IMG/VR virus record: IMGVR_UViG_2667527789_000015
Direction: 5' to 3' (one strand)
Source of the DNA: a virus
Taxonomy: Duplodnaviria; Heunggongvirae; Uroviricota; Caudoviricetes
DNA length: 10,664 nucleotides
Shown: positions 8,248 to 10,664 of the stretch, piece after piece
Position numbering within the stretch: the stretch's first letter is position 1
How the letters are laid out: every line of letters starts with the position of its first letter
Notes under the pieces: model-generated
The model's input: the letters and a program-made list of their open reading frames with translations, nothing else
Told to the model about the DNA's origin: nothing
Databases searched by the model: none
Program-made: the position numbers and the translations under genes

Positions 8248-9038
8248 AAGATTTTCCTCGTATATATTATACTTTGCCTATGGCAGCAAAAAAACTCGGC
8301 TGCACGGTGGATGATATTCTACATCTTGGGGCAACCAATAGACTTGAAATATGTGCATATATTGGTGAAAACGACTTATTAATAAGTGAGAATAAGTGCT
8401 CTGCTAGAGTGATTTTTGAAGATGATAGCGAAAGTTATTATGTTGAACAGATAAAAGAACGAAATGTAATAGATAGTGATATGTATAAGATATCTTATCT
8501 TCATTACAATGATGATTATGTTGAGGATACCGACACAGGGATATTCAGACTGCCAGGTTGGTATGCAAATTATTTAAAGGGTTTTTTTGCAATTCCGTCG
8601 CAGTATCTTGTGGATGTTGAATTATCAGGTCCGCACAATGCTGTTGACGTCAAACCACAACATCTTTACACCATAAAAGCACATTACAAAAAGCTATATT
8701 TAGCTGGAATTTGGGGGTTGTTTATTCCGGAGGAAAGATTAGTCGTTTTCGAAAATGAACTTTCGAATTTTGATTATGCGGCAAAACCTGTATATGGCGG
8801 AGGTGATAGAGAATCTCCGAAAACCATAGCTAAAAAAGCCGAGATAATACCTGCACTCATAAAACTGATTCCTGAGATGCAGGATGTGGATTTGGAGGAG
8901 ACACCAGTAACCAAAATTGCAGAAATGATAGAGGTTATCGCTGCGCAAAGAGGGGTTGAGCTACCCAGCACTCACAGGCAGACATGGCAGAAATATTTGG
9001 GGCGTGATATTGGTGACGTTCCGAAACGTCAAAAGTGA
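8244..9038 (+). CDS. Hypothetical 264-aa protein, AT-rich cargo gene; N-terminus resembles an excisionase/MerR-type HTH, C-terminal domain unknown
   Basis: ATG at 8244 overlaps the integrase TGA (ATGA, 8244-8247) with AGGTGG upstream, indicating translational coupling. Composition is visibly more AT-rich than the flanking integrase. N-terminal TLPMAAKKLGCTVDDILHLGATNRLEI resembles HTH_17/excisionase helix-turn-helix patterns by eye; no catalytic motif recognised in the rest. Confidence 0.65.
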   Translation: MKDFPRIYYTLPMAAKKLGCTVDDILHLGATNRLEICAYIGENDLLISENKCSARVIFEDDSESYYVEQIKERNVIDSDMYKISYLHYNDDYVEDTDTGIFRLPGWYANYLKGFFAIPSQYLVDVELSGPHNAVDVKPQHLYTIKAHYKKLYLAGIWGLFIPEERLVVFENELSNFDYAAKPVYGGGDRESPKTIAKKAEIIPALIKLIPEMQDVDLEETPVTKIAEMIEVIAAQRGVELPSTHRQTWQKYLGRDIGDVPKRQK

Positions 9039-9066
9039 TATCACGTACCGATAGTGTGATATCACA
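9034..9066. promoter_or_regulatory. Pair of perfect 10-bp palindromes GTGATATCAC (12-bp with flanks), centres 21 bp apart; putative operator
   Basis: Seen directly: GTGATATCAC at 9035-9044 (overlapping the ORF264 TGA stop) and at 9056-9065. Two helical turns between centres is typical of dimeric HTH repressor operators. Confidence 0.5.
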
Positions 9067-9094
9067 CAAACGGCGTTTTACCACCGTCTAGAAT

Positions 9095-9129
9095 CGTCCT
9101 CGTTCGGCAACGTTCGAGGACGTTTTTTT
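9095..9129 (+). terminator. Hairpin plus T7 run; intrinsic terminator after int-ORF264 and/or leader attenuator of the AlpA-family gene
   Basis: Seen directly: CGTCCTCG at 9095-9102 pairs with CGAGGACG at 9115-9122 (8 bp, 12-nt loop), then TTTTTTT at 9123-9129 immediately before the ATG at 9130. The GAGGA at 9117-9121 that would serve as the alpA Shine-Dalgarno lies in the 3' arm of the stem. Confidence 0.5.
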
Positions 9130-9354
9130 ATGAATCAAAATACACAATTTCAATCACTATCAGATCGCGTAATCCGTGAGGATGAATGTCGTAAGTTAAC
9201 TGGAGTATGTCGTACTACACGCTACGAACTGGAGAAAAAAGGGCGATTTCCGTCACGCCTTAATCTGGGCGGTCGTTCTGTAGGTTGGCTGCTGTCCGAG
9301 GTTATGGAATGGGTTAAAAGCCGGGATCGCATTAATTCAGGTAAGGCAGCGTAA
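9130..9354 (+). CDS. alpA: AlpA-family phage transcriptional regulator / excisionase-like DNA-binding protein
   Basis: 74-aa ORF with the family pattern: basic region, HTH (LTGVCRTTRYELEKKGRFPSRLNLGGRSVGW) and acidic/W tail (SEVMEWV). Position just downstream of a P4-type integrase is typical. Confidence 0.75.
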   Translation: MNQNTQFQSLSDRVIREDECRKLTGVCRTTRYELEKKGRFPSRLNLGGRSVGWLLSEVMEWVKSRDRINSGKAA

Positions 9355-9367
9355 AGGGGAGCATATG

Positions 9368-9401
9368 ACACATAAAACAAAGGCGACCGGGGGCGGTCGC
9401 C
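9368..9401 (-). terminator. Hairpin GGCGACCG-GGGG-CGGTCGCC with T-rich tail on the minus strand; terminator for the minus-strand gene 9490..9792
   Basis: Seen directly: perfect 8-bp GC-rich inverted repeat at 9382-9401; on the minus strand it is followed by TTGTTTTAT (complement of 9373-9381). Confidence 0.45.
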
Positions 9402-9489
9402 AATGGGAAAACACTAAACATAAGCCCGAACATCATAGCGATTTGCTGGCTGGTGGGCAATGTGATCAGTGTGGTGGTTTGCTGGTGGA

Positions 9490-9792
9490 TTATTCCGCTT
9501 CTTTGGCCTTGCGACGCTGGAGTTCTTCGCGTGCAACGGTGACAAGTTGCCCGATTTCTTCCGCTGCTTTGATGCCGATTTGTTCGACCTTAGCCAGAGC
9601 ATCCAGTGAAGACACAAGGGGATTTTCTCCGCTGCCTTCTGCCTGGCGGCGTGCTATTTCTCCGCGCATGGCGGTTACGATAAATCCTGCATTGCTCTCG
9701 CCGTCCAGCTTAACGGATTCCATGCCTTGCATGACATCGTGAGGGACTCTGAGCGTTGTCATTTGAGATTTTGCGTTTTTGTATACGGACAT
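9490..9792 (-). CDS. Hypothetical ribbon-helix-helix-like DNA-binding protein (putative repressor), 100 aa
   Basis: Minus-strand ORF with a plausible protein composition. Residues 12-45 (TTLRVPHDVMQGMESVKLDGESNAGFIVTAMRGEIARR) fit the beta-strand/helix/helix pattern of Arc/CopG-type RHH domains by eye. Divergently transcribed from a repeat-rich promoter region. The overlapping plus-strand ORF 9365..9742 looks like a Ser/Ala-rich shadow frame. Confidence 0.55.
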   Translation of the reverse strand: MSVYKNAKSQMTTLRVPHDVMQGMESVKLDGESNAGFIVTAMRGEIARRQAEGSGENPLVSSLDALAKVEQIGIKAAEEIGQLVTVAREELQRRKAKEAE

Positions 9793-9810
9793 AATTAATC
9801 ACCAGTTTAT

Positions 9811-9913
9811 TGTGTGTATATCACTATACAGTAAAGTGAGATATAAAAAAACTTGAAATGTATATCACATCAATGTAACGTGTATCTCACATGATGATTA
9901 TGTGTATCTCATG
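9811..9913. repeat. Array of GTGTAT(A/C)TCAC repeats (four direct, one inverted) in the divergent promoter region
   Basis: Seen directly: GTGTATATCAC 9814-9824, GTATATCACAT 9860-9870, GTGTATCTCAC 9880-9890, GTGTATCTCAT 9902-9912, and the inverted copy GTGAGATATA 9836-9845. Spacing of about 21-22 bp between the last three. They share the TATCAC half-site with the palindromes at 9035-9065. Confidence 0.5.
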
Positions 9914-9989
9914 TACGAAAAGACGAAACCCCGCAGTGCTGGAACACATACGGGGCTTCTAACCACAAACACTATAGAGAGGTAAATTT

Positions 9990-10184
9990 ATGGTTGCCGT
10001 AAATCATACTCCACGACTAGCACACACACAAACGGCCTTTGTGTGGCGTTTTCTGGCCCTGAGTGCCGGAGAATCTCAAATCATCCACGTAACCGCCTGG
10101 ACGGAACGCGAAGCGCGTAACCGTTGCCCGTCCGGTTGTGTTGCTGTATTTGCCGCCCGTATTCGCCAGGGGGTAGGCTTATGA
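9990..10184 (+). CDS. Small protein resembling Icd-like host cell division inhibitors (P1 Icd / P4 Kil type)
   Basis: 64-aa ORF with GAGAGG Shine-Dalgarno 8 nt upstream. Sequence pattern (HTPRLAHTQTAFVWRFLAL...TEREARNR...VAVFAARIRQG) resembles, from memory, Icd-like proteins annotated in P4-like elements. First gene of the rightward operon. Confidence 0.5.
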   Translation: MVAVNHTPRLAHTQTAFVWRFLALSAGESQIIHVTAWTEREARNRCPSGCVAVFAARIRQGVGL

Positions 10185-10414
10185 GCCAGGAAATCACACT
10201 ACAACAGGCAGCAGAACGCGCCCACCAAATCGAAGTTATTTGCGCACTGGCAGAGGATTACCCTGGCATGATGACCGACAGCGAATCAGGGGCAATCATC
10301 GGCTTACTTAAACGCCTTAGCGGTGAGGTCTGCGTATTCCTGAGCGATGAACAGGAAAGAAGAACGCTTATTTCTAACGAAAAAAAATGCGGAGGGGTAC
10401 ACCATGTGCAATAA
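10181..10414 (+). CDS. Hypothetical small protein (77 aa), translationally coupled to the preceding ORF
   Basis: ATG at 10181 overlaps the upstream TGA (ATGA at 10181-10184). The longer ORF-track start at 10124 lies inside the previous gene. No recognisable family. Confidence 0.45.
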   Translation: MSQEITLQQAAERAHQIEVICALAEDYPGMMTDSESGAIIGLLKRLSGEVCVFLSDEQERRTLISNEKKCGGVHHVQ

Positions 10415-10664
10415 CATCCGTCCGGACGCAACCGCCGCCGCGCTCACTACGCTGATGCTCGCGCTTATTGATATTTCTGTTATTGCTGACATGGCGCATA
10501 AGCACGCCACCAGTGAAACAGAATATGCAGGGGCTGTCGTTCCTCATTCGCTGGCGGTTATGCAACTTAGTGCGGATATGGCGCTGAATGAGGCCAAAGC
10601 CATCCTGATTGCTGATTGTGAAAATGGGGGGGGGTTATGCGTGATGATCGTTTTAATTCCCTGA
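10404..10664 (+). CDS. Hypothetical small protein (86 aa) with a hydrophobic central segment
   Basis: ATG at 10404 with a strong GGAGGGG Shine-Dalgarno at 10391-10397; overlaps the previous ORF by 11 nt. Stop TGA is the last codon of the window. The ORF-track start at 10347 is upstream of the Shine-Dalgarno and less likely. Confidence 0.45.
   Translation: MCNNIRPDATAAALTTLMLALIDISVIADMAHKHATSETEYAGAVVPHSLAVMQLSADMALNEAKAILIADCENGGGLCVMIVLIP

Larger units (their letters stand above)
6839..10664 (+). mobile_element. Left end and first ~3.8 kb of an integrase-bearing integrative element (P4-like satellite or PICI-like island), continuing beyond the window
   Basis: Abrupt loss of native thiM-leader sequence at 6838/6839, then direct repeats, a tyrosine integrase, an AlpA-family gene, an Icd-like small ORF and an AT-rich cargo gene. 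Replaces the expected thiM coding region downstream of rcnR. Confidence 0.7.

Noticed and set aside
8739-8971. Two minus-strand ORFs inside the 264-aa cargo gene
   Set aside because: Antisense to a longer ORF with a coupled start; AT-rich sequence easily yields spurious open frames.
9365-9742. 125-aa plus-strand ORF overlapping the RHH-like gene
   Set aside because: Translation is Ser/Ala/Cys-rich low-complexity typical of an antisense shadow frame. The minus-strand ORF has a coherent domain pattern and a terminator in the right orientation.
9925-9957. CCCCG...CGGGG inverted repeat upstream of the Icd-like ORF
   Set aside because: Only a 5-bp stem with a 17-nt loop; too weak to call as a structured element.

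Overview
The window reads as an Escherichia/Shigella-type chromosomal segment with three blocks. (1) 1-4841: a complete chaperone-usher fimbrial operon on the + strand (major subunit, chaperone, usher, tip/adhesin-like subunit), matching the cryptic yehDCBA locus. (2) 4923-6697: the nickel/cobalt homeostasis module rcnB and rcnA on the - strand and rcnR on the +, with two TACT-G6-N-AGTA RcnR operators in the divergent intergenic region. (3) From about 6784: the 5' half of the thiM TPP riboswitch aptamer, which stops matching the native sequence at about 6838/6839 and is replaced by a horizontally acquired integrative element. The element begins with arm-like direct repeats and a P4-type tyrosine integrase, followed by an AT-rich 264-aa ORF of unknown function translationally coupled to the integrase, an AlpA-family regulator, a divergently transcribed ribbon-helix-helix-like protein, a repeat-rich divergent promoter, and a compact operon of small overlapping ORFs whose first member resembles Icd-like division inhibitors. 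The element runs past the window end, so its right boundary and total cargo are not visible. The most interesting candidates are the apparent use of a riboswitch as the attachment site and the unknown 264-aa cargo gene with its palindromic operators. All calls are made by eye from the sequence and recalled family features; no searches were run.
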